The position numbers and the translations under genes were made by a program. Below, in pieces: positions 22,940 through 33,968 of a DNA stretch of 64,000 bases. The stretch is from Macrostomum hystrix (lineage: Eukaryota; Animalia; Platyhelminthes), in contig CATNEN010000024.1 in the NCBI GenBank assembly GCA_950097015.1, forward strand, positions 5,766,001-5,830,000, written 5' to 3'. Position 1 is the stretch's first letter. Each line of letters starts with the position of its first letter. The notes beneath the pieces are model-generated. The model searched no databases, had not been told where the DNA came from, and saw nothing but the letters and a program-made list of their open reading frames with translations.

Positions 22940-25900
22940 TCAATCTTCTTGCAACCGTATTTGCTTGGGGGCATGATCACCGACAAGTTGAGGAGCCTCA
23001 CGACGGTGGCGGCGGCGGCGGTCGTTCAGGTAGTTCTCTCTTAGTGCAAAGTGTCCGTATGGAAGACTTTGATTCGGTGCAACCCATGCGCGCTTGTCCT
23101 CCCATACTGTCAAGGCACGTTTCTTTTGCTCCAGAGTGAAGAGACGGTGTCTCCGGCTAGCAATCCTACGCACAGAGATGCTCAACTCCTTGAGATTAGC
23201 AAAGGCCTGCCTGTAGTCTTCGTGTGAAATTTCAGTCCGCATCACACTCTTCTGAACTCCCTTTGCTGCCTTCTTGCCTCCAATGGCAGCCTTCATCGAG
23301 TACAGCTTCGGTCTCAACAGGATTCCACTCATTGTGGGGATTTCCAGCCTGACTCATCCTTTATGCAGCCCAACTTTGCCTTAAGCTCATCCGATCGCAG
23401 TTCATGATCAACCGGGAAGTTCGATGTGTCCAGCAGCCTCTGGCGAATCAGTTCAGGAATCACGCTGGTTTGAACGTCAGTTTTTTTGAAACAGGAAAAA
23501 CGAATCCGTTTCTCCACCGCAGAGAGAAACTTCTTGCCGGAGAACAGGATTATCGAATGTCGGCTTTAATCTGTCGTAAAATAACTTGTACATTGCAAGC
23601 TTCAAATCGTCGAGGACGCACTGTCCGATGAAGATTTGGCGGTCAAGAGTGACAGAAGGCTTAAAAAGTGAAAAAACAACCAAGTCCTTTGTCACAATAG
23701 TGAAATCCTTCAGGCTCTGTCGGGATGCATAAATTTCTGACTGCTCCGGAGTGTTCGAGATTCTAACACTGAGTCCTCTTGCGCACGTTCTCCATTGTTT
23801 TCCCGAAGAGGGAGTTATTCTTCAGTTTGTAATAAGTCCTTCTCGAACTCATTGGCAGCTGCTGCCTGCTTCTCACTGTTCTTGGCGATGTAGCCTTGAA
23901 AAATTGCTGCCTGCTGAAAGCGAAAGCACATCGAATCTTTTTTAATCGCATGCCATGGCGCAAGTAAAACTTCAGCACTCTGAAATGCACGATGTAAGCC
24001 TCCTTGTCATGACACGTCAGGAGAAGCTTCGAATAGCCCTTATAGGGCTTATCGCGTGAATTAAGTTCACTCCAAAGACTTTTCATAAATGGTGGAAATT
24101 CCTCGAACTGGGGTGTGGCTCTCTCCGGTGCAAACGGCAGGTCCTGAGTCTTCTGATGAATCACATCAGGATACTCCAAATCCACTTCAAATAGGTAGCC
24201 AACAGGTCCATTGTCTTCCAACTCAAGCAGTCGCTTCTCGTTCCAATCTTGCAGATCATCATCACCAATCCAGACAAAATCACTGACCGGAAGTTTTTCA
24301 GAAAGCGCTTGTCCATAGAGGTTATTCATATCTACTGGAAGCAATGCATTAGTCGACAAGGCAGCATCATCGTTTGTGCCAACAATTCCAGCTGCGACAT
24401 GATGAATGTTCGTGAAGGTCATACCTCCACGAATTCCAAGCTCAAAAAGACGATATTGCTCAGCATCACTGAGCAATTGAAGCTGAGTTGTAGCTGACTT
24501 CAAAGCCGAATCAAATGAAAGACCTGGCGTCGTAAAATAGTGCACCGGATCAAGTCCGTCATCGCGGAGACTCAAGCGGCGAAAGTTTTGGAAGACGTCC
24601 GCGAGTTGACGAATGTCGAGCTGCAAATAGGCATGTATGTAGTCATGCAAATTTTTTGCCTCAAGCTGGCCCCAGGCTTTGAGAGCATGACCATAGTTCT
24701 CCTCGCTGCAAGGTGTCTTGGTCAGTGAATTGAAAAATTCTTCTCTGCTCGGCAATTTTGTCACCGCTAAACTTGCAGGACACTTAACAAAATCATACGG
24801 AAAGACTCCCTTGACAGACAGTGTCTCATCGGTCAAATTCGGAAAGCAGCTTTTCATTAGCTGAGTGAATTTTCGGTCTTGGACTGACAAGTTGCGAATC
24901 AGTCTGTCCAGACCAGCGTTCAAAAATTGGAACGAATCGAGGAACTGCAGCGTGAAGAAAATGGTCTTCTTTTTTCCTTGTGGCAAGTTGACTTCTGCAA
25001 CTGGAAAGTCTGCTCGGAGAGACATGTAGCGCTCAGACGTTTGAGGAATGACGCTCAGCTTCCAATTCTTCATGGTTCCCAAAGCTGTTGAAAACAAGAG
25101 GTGCATGTCATAGTTCTTAAGATTATGAAAGAAAATCGGCAAAAATCTTCGGCGAAGCTGTGCAGACTTGTTGCAACGCGAGCAGGCAGCACCTTTGAAC
25201 TTCCCAGTGAGGTGATCGTGGTCATAGTGCTTGTCACTTGAGTTTACAAACTGCTGAGCACAGTAGTGACAACGGGTAGACTCACAGAAAATCTGCCTAG
25301 ACACTGGATCTGCTTCTGGCTTCTGGTAGCTGTGGACTCGGTTCCATTCGTGAACTTCTCGAGCAACGATTTCCAGTTCGTGAAGAAATTTTTCCATGCA
25401 CTCAAATGAACTAGAGCTAGAAAACAGCTTCACGTGACCTTCGTCTTTGAGCGGTGGTCCCTTAATACCATCTCGAGAGACTACTAAAAACCCGGCTGCC
25501 GCAGGCAGATGCTCGGTAAGGAACATAGTAGTGCCTGTTCCACTGCTTCGAGCTGGTCTTTCGTCACAGTCTTTTGCTTCTGCTCGATCTCTGCTGCCTT
25601 CCAATTGGTCGCCATCACTGAATTCGATCCTATCGACTTTCTCATTCACACCTTCTCGACCCGGAAAGTTAGAATTGAGCGGCGAATTGAATGCCTCGAT
25701 ATCGGCGTAGATAACGAAAGGAGCTTCAATGGTCTTGCAATAATTCTGAAAAGCCAGAGTGCAACGATTCTGAGATGGAATCTTTTCCTTCAGCTGCAAA
25801 ATCGTTAGATCGATAGCACTGCTCTCTGTGCTCTGCAAGCTTCTGAGCACTGACGAATGCAGTCAAGCAGCGCTCACACCACTTCCTGTGACACAAGCCA

Positions 25901-26875
25901 ACCTTGCTGTTCAGCAGCCTGTCGAGGTTCACGATTCCGCACCAGTGAGTCTTATTTTCATCTTCTGATTCGTTCAGCAGGAGAAGAAGGATAACTTTGC
26001 GATTGCACGCCACTTCGACACGCGGTTGTCTGAGCACACTAACTTCATCACTAGACCACGTAAGAACAACAAAGCACAAAGTTGGGTTTAATGACTCAAT
26101 TCGGTTGAGCTGACTTAGTCCTACTGGCAATGAAACTCCATTTAGATTCACTTCAGACAGCCAGTCTTTGTACGTCGTAAAGTCTATGGGGATTCTTTCT
26201 CAAATTTCCGTCTCCGTGATGCAGCACTGCAAGACAATCATACAGGAAACAATCTGAACCTGTGCTGAGAGGATTGATGATGGCTTTCTTCGCCTTCAAC
26301 ACTGGAGGAAGCTCGAATTTGTCGGCGTGGCCAGTGTAGAATCGCAGTCTCTGTCCAACCGCAATGCTTCAAGTCGATACAATTCACACGCACAATCACC
26401 CAGCCACTTCCATTCGTGTTCATCTTATCAATGGTACCTTCACAGCCAGCAATTTGCCGAGTCCACCAATCCTCAAAGCAACAGGCATCATTGACGATTT
26501 GCAAACTGGTACTAACCCATCTTTCCTCTTCATTGACAACTTGCCCAGCTTGAAGTCTCTGCATCTGAATGCTCATCTTGCTCATCTGAATGCTCACCTA
26601 GATTAGGCGGGGGGACGCCGTCGAACTGTGCTCTCATCGCACGATTCGGATTCGCCATCTTCTCATCTAGGATTCGCTGCACTGCATCCTTACTTCTACG
26701 TGTGAGTTCGAATGGGTCACTAGCTGCATCGTTTTGTACAGTGATTCGGTACACCTCCAAAGTTCCTTTGTGCACACTTGCTACTTGTTGAACGTCAAAA
26801 TTTTCAAAATGATAATTTTCTCTTATTTTTAGGACTTCGATATTTCCCGATTATTCCCCGTCTTATATCTCCCAT
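22940..26875 (-). pseudogene. Protein-primed family B DNA polymerase with endonuclease VII insert, multiply frameshifted
   Basis: Pieces at 26875/26775-26530, 26597-26238, 26151-25726, 25850-23763, 23695-23477, 23517-23329 and 23332-22940. Motifs: C2H2 finger CERC..H...C, ExoI YADIEA, EndoVII CHYC...DHDHLTGKFKGAACSRCN, ExoII FFHNLKNYD, ExoIII Y..LD, PolA DMNNLYG, PolB KLKNNSLFGK, PolC GETDS. Confidence 0.93.
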
Positions 26876-26917
26876 ATCCCCCCTAACTTCTTGGAAGCAC
26901 AGCTGCACACTAAAAGC

Positions 26918-26929
26918 TTTTATATAAAA
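26918..26929 (-). promoter_or_regulatory. Candidate TATA box for pPolB
   Basis: Palindromic TTTTATATAAAA about 45 nt upstream of the candidate PolB ATG at 26875. Confidence 0.35.
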
Positions 26930-26963
26930 TTAATGTTAATCAACAGTATAATTCTATGCCGAA

Positions 26964-27451
26964 TCACCGGTATTCAGTACCACTGCTACTGTCGATTGAG
27001 TTGGAGTTGGAGTTCAGTTGCTCACCACCTTCGCCGCTGTCAATAGAGCTCGAGTCGTCTCTGACACTGTGGTCGCCGCTGCTGCTGCTGCTGCTGCTGC
27101 TTCTGTCGATGGTGCTAGAGTCACTTCTTACACTGTGGTCCTCGTCGATGGAGCTAGGGTCATCTCTGATACAGCTGTTGCCACCCTTACAGTCACCGCC
27201 GCTGTCAATGGAGCTCGACTCGCTCCTGTCGCTGCCAGCGCCGCTGATGCCGTCACTGCTACCGTCACTGTTAATGGAACTGTGCATGCCATCTCACCAA
27301 TCTCGCTGCTTCTAGTGATGTGGCTTTGGGGGCTGTCAATTTCAGAAAGCATGCTGGCATTGGTCTCCGAGTAGTTTTCTTCTGATGCAGACAAGTCATT
27401 ATCAGACTCGGACCAGTCTTCATCAGACTCTGACAAACTGTCTGAGTCCAT
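26964..27451 (-). CDS. Ser/Asp-rich acidic low-complexity Polinton ORF (probably one frameshift)
   Basis: An acidic N-terminus (MDSDSLSESDEDWSESD, 27451-27128) overlaps a second frame (27287-26964) carrying repeated SSIDS/DHSVR.D motifs. Confidence 0.35.
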
Positions 27452-28043
27452 TTCTGCACCTGCCCTGGCTATTTGTTCTCGTGCTGCAAGTTGGAGTTTT
27501 TATACTAATTGATTTTTCCTAGAGTAAACAGAAATAAAGGTTTCATTATCTGTTCTGGAAACGCAAGTCTAGCAGAATTATTAACCAAAAAACAGAACAA
27601 ACATTTTTGCTCTCTGACAAACGCCTATCCTTGCTGATTTATAACTCACTATCACATCTATGATAAACAAAACACAACCTATTGTTCTACCTATGCGATT
27701 TTGTCTACAAGTAAGAAAAACAAAAAAATGAATAAGGTCAATTAGTCCAAAAATGTATCAATGCTATCTTCACCATTGATCAGCTGTATTTTTAAACGAA
27801 TATTGAAACTAGGTTAATCGTCTTGAACATCAAATGCGAGCTATCGATTCACGAATACTTTGCAAACATTTCATAGGCGCTGCTTTATTTGACTTATTGA
27901 CTGGCTTGATAAGAATAATAGTCAGAATCAAGACTATCAAATTAAGTGAATAGATGGCAGACGCCGACACAGAATTCTTTCATCGTCCTCATCGTAGAGA
28001 ACAGAAAAAACTTACAGAAAAAAAGAAATCATAAAACATGAGC

Positions 28044-29105
28044 TTACAGTGGAGTGAAAAAAATTGCGTTGCTATCAAGTCTTATCAAATAACCTGCGCC
28101 AATAATTGGTGGCAGGACGAGTTGAATATGGCTTCTGGGCGCAACCATTTCGACTGGCATGTCATTCCTTGCCAAGGGACCTTCAGCAGGCCCAGCAGTG
28201 ACGAGCGCATTCAGCAACGAGTCGAAGTCACCAGCCGACTCCATGAAAACTTGTTGAATTGGCTGAGCATTGTCGACGGTGGCAGGGTTGCAAGCCTGCT
28301 GGGCATTGCTGACCGTGGCAGCGATGTCAGCCAGCTGAGCATTGCCGACGGTAGCAGCGATGTCAGCCAGCTGAGCATTCTCAACGGTGGCAGCGATGTC
28401 AGCCAGCTGGTCATTGTCGACGGTGGCAGCGATGTCAGCCAGCTGAGCATTGTCGACGGTGGCAGCGATGTCAGCCAGCTGACCGTTGTCGACGGTGGCA
28501 GCGATTTCAGCCAGCTGGTCATTGTCGACGGTGGCATCGATGTCGACGAGCTGGCCATTGTCGATTGAGGCGAAGAGCTGACTTTCCTCTGCATCGGTCG
28601 GCTCCTCATTCCGCTCCTCCATGCTAATATTCGGGGAGCTCATTAGGAGCTGCTTTCCACGAACTTCTGGTGGGGGTCGTCGAGCATTCGGCTGCCGCAG
28701 ATGCTGCTGCTGTTTCTGCGATTCCGACTTCTGACTCGTCGGAAAATTTACAAAATCGTCGTCGCTGTTTGCTTCTGCAACAACTTTTTTGATGACTTGG
28801 CTGAGGACCTGCTTTCTTGCTGCCTCTTCGTCAGGGAGCTGCCGTGCTTTTTGCAGTACAATTCTCTTAATGTTTTTCAGGCCATTATCTCCGCTTGGGA
28901 GTTGCTGGTGTCCACTGTGTCGCATGGCCGACAAATTTTTGTCGCTATGCTTAAAAATGTTGCACTGCCAACAAACACTAAACTTGCTAGTCTTGCATGT
29001 TACATGGCGATCTGCCTTCAGGCCTCCTAGGACGCACTTGCTGCATGTAATGCATGCTTCGAAGAAAGGCAGACTACATGAAACGGAAGTCTTCTTGGCT
29101 TTCAT
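28044..29105 (-). CDS. Polinton ORF with Cys/His-rich N-terminus and 12-aa repeats
   Basis: ATG at 29105. CITCSKC...CWQC..H...H is followed by about 8 copies of AATVDNAQLADI. The frame is uninterrupted. Confidence 0.6.
   Translation of the reverse strand: MKAKKTSVSCSLPFFEACITCSKCVLGGLKADRHVTCKTSKFSVCWQCNIFKHSDKNLSAMRHSGHQQLPSGDNGLKNIKRIVLQKARQLPDEEAARKQVLSQVIKKVVAEANSDDDFVNFPTSQKSESQKQQQHLRQPNARRPPPEVRGKQLLMSSPNISMEERNEEPTDAEESQLFASIDNGQLVDIDATVDNDQLAEIAATVDNGQLADIAATVDNAQLADIAATVDNDQLADIAATVENAQLADIAATVGNAQLADIAATVSNAQQACNPATVDNAQPIQQVFMESAGDFDSLLNALVTAGPAEGPLARNDMPVEMVAPRSHIQLVLPPIIGAGYLIRLDSNAIFFTPL
28265..28565. repeat. 36-bp coding tandem repeat
   Basis: About 8 copies of CATTGTCGACGGTGGCAGCGATGTCAGCCAGCTGAG-like units. 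Confidence 0.9.
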
Positions 29106-29191
29106 TTCATTCACTTCAAATTTAATTCTCTTGTAGCTTGTATTTATTGCGCCGAAAAACAATTTAATATTTTGCAAAGAAAAATTCACCG

Positions 29192-29280
29192 TTATATAAA
29201 GACCCTTTCATCCTCTTACACCCACCCCCTCCACACCCACCCCACTACACCCACCCCTCCACAACCACCCCTCCACACCC
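29192..29280 (-). promoter_or_regulatory. Candidate promoter of the minus-strand block: GGGTG/CACCC repeats and a TATA box
   Basis: TATATAA on the minus strand at 29192-29198, about 90 nt upstream of ATG 29105, preceded by a CACCC-repeat tract at 29221-29280. Confidence 0.45.
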
Positions 29281-29570
29281 AGGGGAGGTGCAATCATCGC
29301 ACAGGCCGCCTCTCCTCTCCCCAACTGCCCCGCGATCTCTGCCCCTGTACGCACCGGAATGACTAGGCTTGGGCTATCAGTGCACAAGCCCTCAAATTGA
29401 ACTATTCTCCCAGGCTAGGACCAGCCCAGGATTTGCTTAACAAATCCCAACAATCTCTATGCAAACTTCAAGTCCATTCTTTTCACTATCATCACAATTC
29501 AGTGCTGGAGCGCCTGACTCTCGCCTCCACGCTAGTCTTCGGAACACCTAGCAGCTAAGTCTAAGAGCCG

Positions 29571-30094
29571 TCTCCAATCTCTGTCCAAGTGCGGCAGAGT
29601 CACATAAACATAGAAGGGCTCTCATCATTTCCAACTCTGTACAGAGCGGCGGGCTACAACACGCGCGAGGACCCCTGTCCAATCCGATTATCCCCACCCC
29701 AACTCCCCAGACTGCCAACCAATGGCCAGGCCAATCCTATCCCTTTTCATTTCCGCCTTGTATGTGCGGCAGAGTTGCACAAGCATAGGAGCGCCCCTTC
29801 TCCAATCTCTGTCCAAGTGCGACAGAGTTGAATAAGCATTAGAGCATCGGCATTGGGTCACACAGAAGGACTCCCTCTTCCTCTCTTCCTTCCCCTCGGA
29901 CCCCTCTAAGCGCCTCACCCATCGCTCCACCAATGTACAATGCGCCTGGCTTGCCTAATCATACACGCGCGGCCTGCCCTAACCCCAACCCAATTAACAC
30001 CCACCCCATGCCATCGCCACGCCGTCCTATCCTTTTGCATTGCCGCCTATCTCCGCAATGCAAGTGCGGCAGAGTTGCATAAACTCATACTACT
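29571..30094 (-). repeat. Polinton right TIR
   Basis: Reverse complement of 12708-13232. Ends ...CTCATACTACT and is followed by the TSD CCCGGT. Confidence 0.95.
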
Positions 30095-30618
30095 CCCGGT
30101 TTTATCCTAATCGGATCAGGGCGCCTGTCTAGGGTGTGGATTTTAGCCTTGCAGGCTTTAAGGAGCCAGCGGGTCCCCATATCATCAATCCTGTTCGCTA
30201 CCAGGGGCATCTGGGCATGCTCATGCAAGTAGCTGGTGGAGATGTAGGATGGGATCCCATAGAAGATTCTGAGGGCAATGTTTTGAATTTTCTGAAGGTC
30301 ACTCTTGTTTCCCGGGCTTAGGATTGTTAGAATGGGTGCTCCATATGTCATGGTGCTCTCCACGTAAGCCCGGTATAGCATTTTCAGAGTGTCGCTCTTC
30401 AGATTGGTCTTTTTTGCAATCTTGCTAAGGCACATCACCTGCGCTCTGCAAGTGTTGATTTGTGATTTCACGTGTTCATTGAGTCTCAGGTTAGTGTCCA
30501 GCTTTATGCCGAGGAACTTAACTACATCGCAGTTTTGAATTTGCACAGTTCCCAGGTGGAGTTGGGGCCGTTTGTCCTGGCACCCTTGCCAGGTGTTATG
30601 GCACATACAATTAGCCAT
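30095..30618 (-). pseudogene. 5'-truncated non-LTR retrotransposon, RT thumb and C-terminal region
   Basis: VKFLGIKLDTNLRLNEHV...LYRAYVESTMTYGAP...LQKIQNIALR...G.P.Y.S...LH is a typical post-RT LINE region. Confidence 0.85.
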
Positions 30619-32049
30619 TCAGTAGTCGTTTTAAATTTTTTATAACGGATAAAAGTTGAGCTACTGTTGTGCTGCAATGGTTCCTTTGCAATATACCCAG
30701 GATAGGATATGGTCGTGTAGGTTATATATAATTAAGTTGGTTATAGTAGATACATACGGATTTTTGTTTTCTTTGTTACAATCCAAAAATGGAAACTCTT
30801 TAAAACTGAGTATTTAATGGCAAAAAACTATTAGCATTGGTATTTTTTGTAATGCGTAGGTAAAAGCAGCATAAAATATTACGTCATTTTTTTAGATACG
30901 TAATCCGTTGTATTAAAAGACATCGATTCGACCAACGTCAAAAACGCGAAGTGTAATCAATTTATAATAGCATAACAAATTTGTAAACAATAAAAAATAA
31001 CTAAAAAATAACCGAATGCAATATCTACATAGTAACACTGTCCTAAAACTAGAATTAGTAACTTGGACATCTATGTACATTTTTATCACGAACCTGTTAA
31101 TCGTAATTGTTTTTTACGGTTTAGATAAACAAATTCATATCGTTTCGACTTGTGCATACTTTCTCTGCTTCTAACTATGTCTTAGCATTCTAGTATCAGT
31201 ACTTTAAAATTTAGTATAATTATTTTAATGCGAAAGCTTAATGTTATTTTATTTCAAAACAAGGAACCCAATAATTGAGAACGACCCACTTCATTTTTGT
31301 TAAGGTTCTGTGTATAGCTTCGCTAGGGCTTAGTTCTAAAGGACGAATGTGTTCAACGAGTACATCATAGAGGGGTTCTGGTTATAATCTGTTTAGATTC
31401 TAGAAGTAACTTCAAATTGCGTTAAAAATATCCTAACTTGTAAACTTCCAACATTAGGCTTGCTTTCTTGTAGGCCTAAAAAAGCCACTGTACCGTGCGT
31501 GCGTCCTCCACTTGCTGTAGCAGCCTAACGCCTAGCTCGATGACGATGGCTTCTTACTCCTCAGTTATTATTCGCCCAAAGACTGTTCATACCGCCACTG
31601 TAAGTGACTCTGTTTTGTTGCTAATATTTGTTGGCAATAGACTATACATAAGATTTGTTGCTAATTTTGTTGGCAATAGACTATAGGGCCTACATAAGTT
31701 AAAATTAACATTATATATAATCATGTTGTAGGGCCCTTTCTTTAAATAGTTATTCTTCTGTTTGCCTCCAATTATTTAAGGTCTAGGCCTATTCACTTTT
31801 CGAATTTTACTAGGCCTAGTGTACCCCCAGTAGGGTTATATTTAACTATGGATTTACTTTTTATATAGGCCTAGCCATATAGGGAGGGCCTAAAAATGAC
31901 TTTCATATATGATCTAATGTTAGGCCTATGACAATAATTCCAGCCTTCGTAAGGAAAGACTCCTTTGTTAAATATATTTCGTGTGCATATATATAACAGA
32001 CTTGTATATGTCCAAGCAGTAAGACAATAATAGGTAGTTGTTATTTGTC

Positions 32050-32205
32050 TGGTTAACCGGACAAATAGCCGTTTGATTATTCGTCCGGTTAACTGGACAA
32101 ATAGCCGTTTGATTATTTGTCCGGTTAACCAGACAAATAGCCGTTTGATTATTCGTCCGGTTAACCGGACAAATAGCCATTTGATTATTCGTCCGGTTAA
32201 CCGGT
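32050..32205. repeat. 36-bp tandem repeat with internal palindrome (second array at 32487-32586)
   Basis: GGTTAACCGGACAAATAGCCGTTTGATTATTCGTCC x about 4-5, and x3 at 32487. The unit junction forms the 16-bp palindrome GTCCGGTTAACCGGAC. Confidence 0.9.
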
Positions 32206-32691
32206 TAACAGTGACTTTGCTGTCAACCACTGATGTCAAAGTGGTGGTAAAATTCATGTAGGCATCGTTTCTTAGAAATGTTATCATATAAATCCATTGT
32301 TGAGTTAGCTGAGTCCCTGGCAAATTAGGAAACTAAAAGCTAACCTATCTAACTAAAAGGGCAATTGATCTATATGCTATCTATATATAATTTTAGGTTG
32401 CCAACAGACCAATGCCTGGATCAAGGAACAACTATGTCTTCGTTTATATATATATATCTTAATATATTGCCTCTTAATAGCCATAGCCAATAGCCGTTTG
32501 ATTATTCGTCCGGTTAACTGGACAAATAGCCGTTTGATTATTCGTCCGGTTAACCAGAAAAATAGCCGTTTGATTATTCGTCCAGTTAAATTAAAACCAA
32601 AACTTTTCGGTGTTGACTATATCTCCTGCATCTTTCTATACTGAGTAAATTTGACATTTTAAAAGCCTTAAGTTTTGAAGGGAATCAGATT

Positions 32692-32792
32692 CAAGGACCA
32701 CTGTAGTATAACTACAGTGTAGTATAACTGTAGTTATACTACTGTAGTTATATACTGTAATTATAACTGTAGTTATACTACAGTGGTCCTTG
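32692..32792. mobile_element. hAT-type MITE, 101 bp
   Basis: Perfect 27-bp TIR CAAGGACCACTGTAGTATAACTACAGT. An 8-bp TSD ATCAGATT lies at 32684-32691 and 32793-32800. Confidence 0.85.
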
Positions 32793-33968
32793 ATCAGATT
32801 ATGCCATTATGGTCATAACGTCGTGCATAATGGCTTGCATTCTACTCTAACCTTGTAACTTGCATAAATCTAATTAACTAATAAAATTCAAGAGCACTTG
32901 CTAGCTCTATAAAAATTAGTGATTTTATTGTTAATTTTAGATTTCATACCAAATGTCTGCATTAGAAGGAAGGCACCAAATTATCCATGTCGGAAGAGAT
33001 CTTCCCTTTAAGCCAAATTGTTTATATCTAACTAATGTCTGTTTGATTTGTATTTTTATCCAACTAAAGAGTAACCTAAGTTCCTTTGAAGCGTGAAGTT
33101 GTAGCGACTCATTCGAATACTTCTACAAAGTCAACTGGGTCACCAGTGAAGGACGATACCCGGATCAAGGATCAACAGCGAGGACCACAATTTCAACTCC
33201 TTGATAGGCTTTCCTCTTGAGTGATTAACTAAGTTATAAGGGGTTGTAGCGCTACCACGAGAACCTCTATCATTTGTAAGATAAAATAATTAACAAGCTG
33301 CAAAAGGACAGTCATTCAGATTTGAAGTTTGTGTCTCAAATTATTTTTGCTTATCAGCTAATTAAAAAAATAAAAACCTTTTACAGAAATTCGGTTGTTT
33401 CAGCGACAAACTTAGTTCAAGGGTATAGTTTGGTCTTTGTGAGGTCAAGACTCAAGATGGCTCTCAGCAGGGCAAGAGTGGTCTTCGGGAGGATCGTTGC
33501 TCCTGCTCGTTGAAAGGGGAGAAATTAAGTCCCTGGGTGGTGAGTCTGCTGGGCTTATCTGGGTTGGGAGAGGGGTCTGACTGGAATTGGTCTTTTACCA
33601 AGCATTCTTATTCTTATAGCGCCATTTTACAACTTAAAACATGGCAAAGTAACAAAAAATAAGTAACTGGTTATTCAAATATAATAATACCGTACTATTT
33701 TTAAGATGATAGTAAATTGCATTATTTATGTAAATTAGCCTGCTCTTTTAATAAATTTGGAAGGCATGAAAAAATGGTATTTGAGTAAAATCTAAAAGAT
33801 TTTTCAGGATAAAGGCCATGGCTGGGCGCAATAATGATAAACTTTAAAACTACTAAAATATTTACTAAAAACAAGAAAATAGTTTTAAAAGATGCACTTG
33901 CTAGATGAAAAAAAATAGGAAAATTAATTATTAGCACCTATGACGAGACAAAACAAGACTAATCAGCT

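Larger units (their letters stand above)
12708..30094 (+). mobile_element. Polinton/Maverick endogenous dsDNA virus, 17,387 bp
   Basis: Termini AGTAGT...ACTACT, TIRs of about 525 bp, and a 6-bp TSD CCCGGT at 12702-12707 and 30095-30100. Encodes integrase, pPolB, ATPase, protease and major and minor capsid proteins. Confidence 0.97.
8047..31287 (+). mobile_element. Sola2-type DNA transposon, hosting the nested LINE and Polinton
   Basis: Perfect 13-bp TIR GGGTCGTTCTCAA at 8047-8059 and TTGAGAACGACCC at 31275-31287. A 4-bp TSD ACTT lies at 8043-8046 and 31288-31291. GRG...CYC termini and a 4-bp TSD fit Sola2, and a matching transposase exon lies inside. Confidence 0.7.

Noticed and set aside
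31440-31930. Cluster of TAGGCCTA palindromes (also near 6600-6950 and 54850)
   Set aside because: They recur in several unrelated AT-rich stretches with no fixed spacing, so no structure can be assigned.
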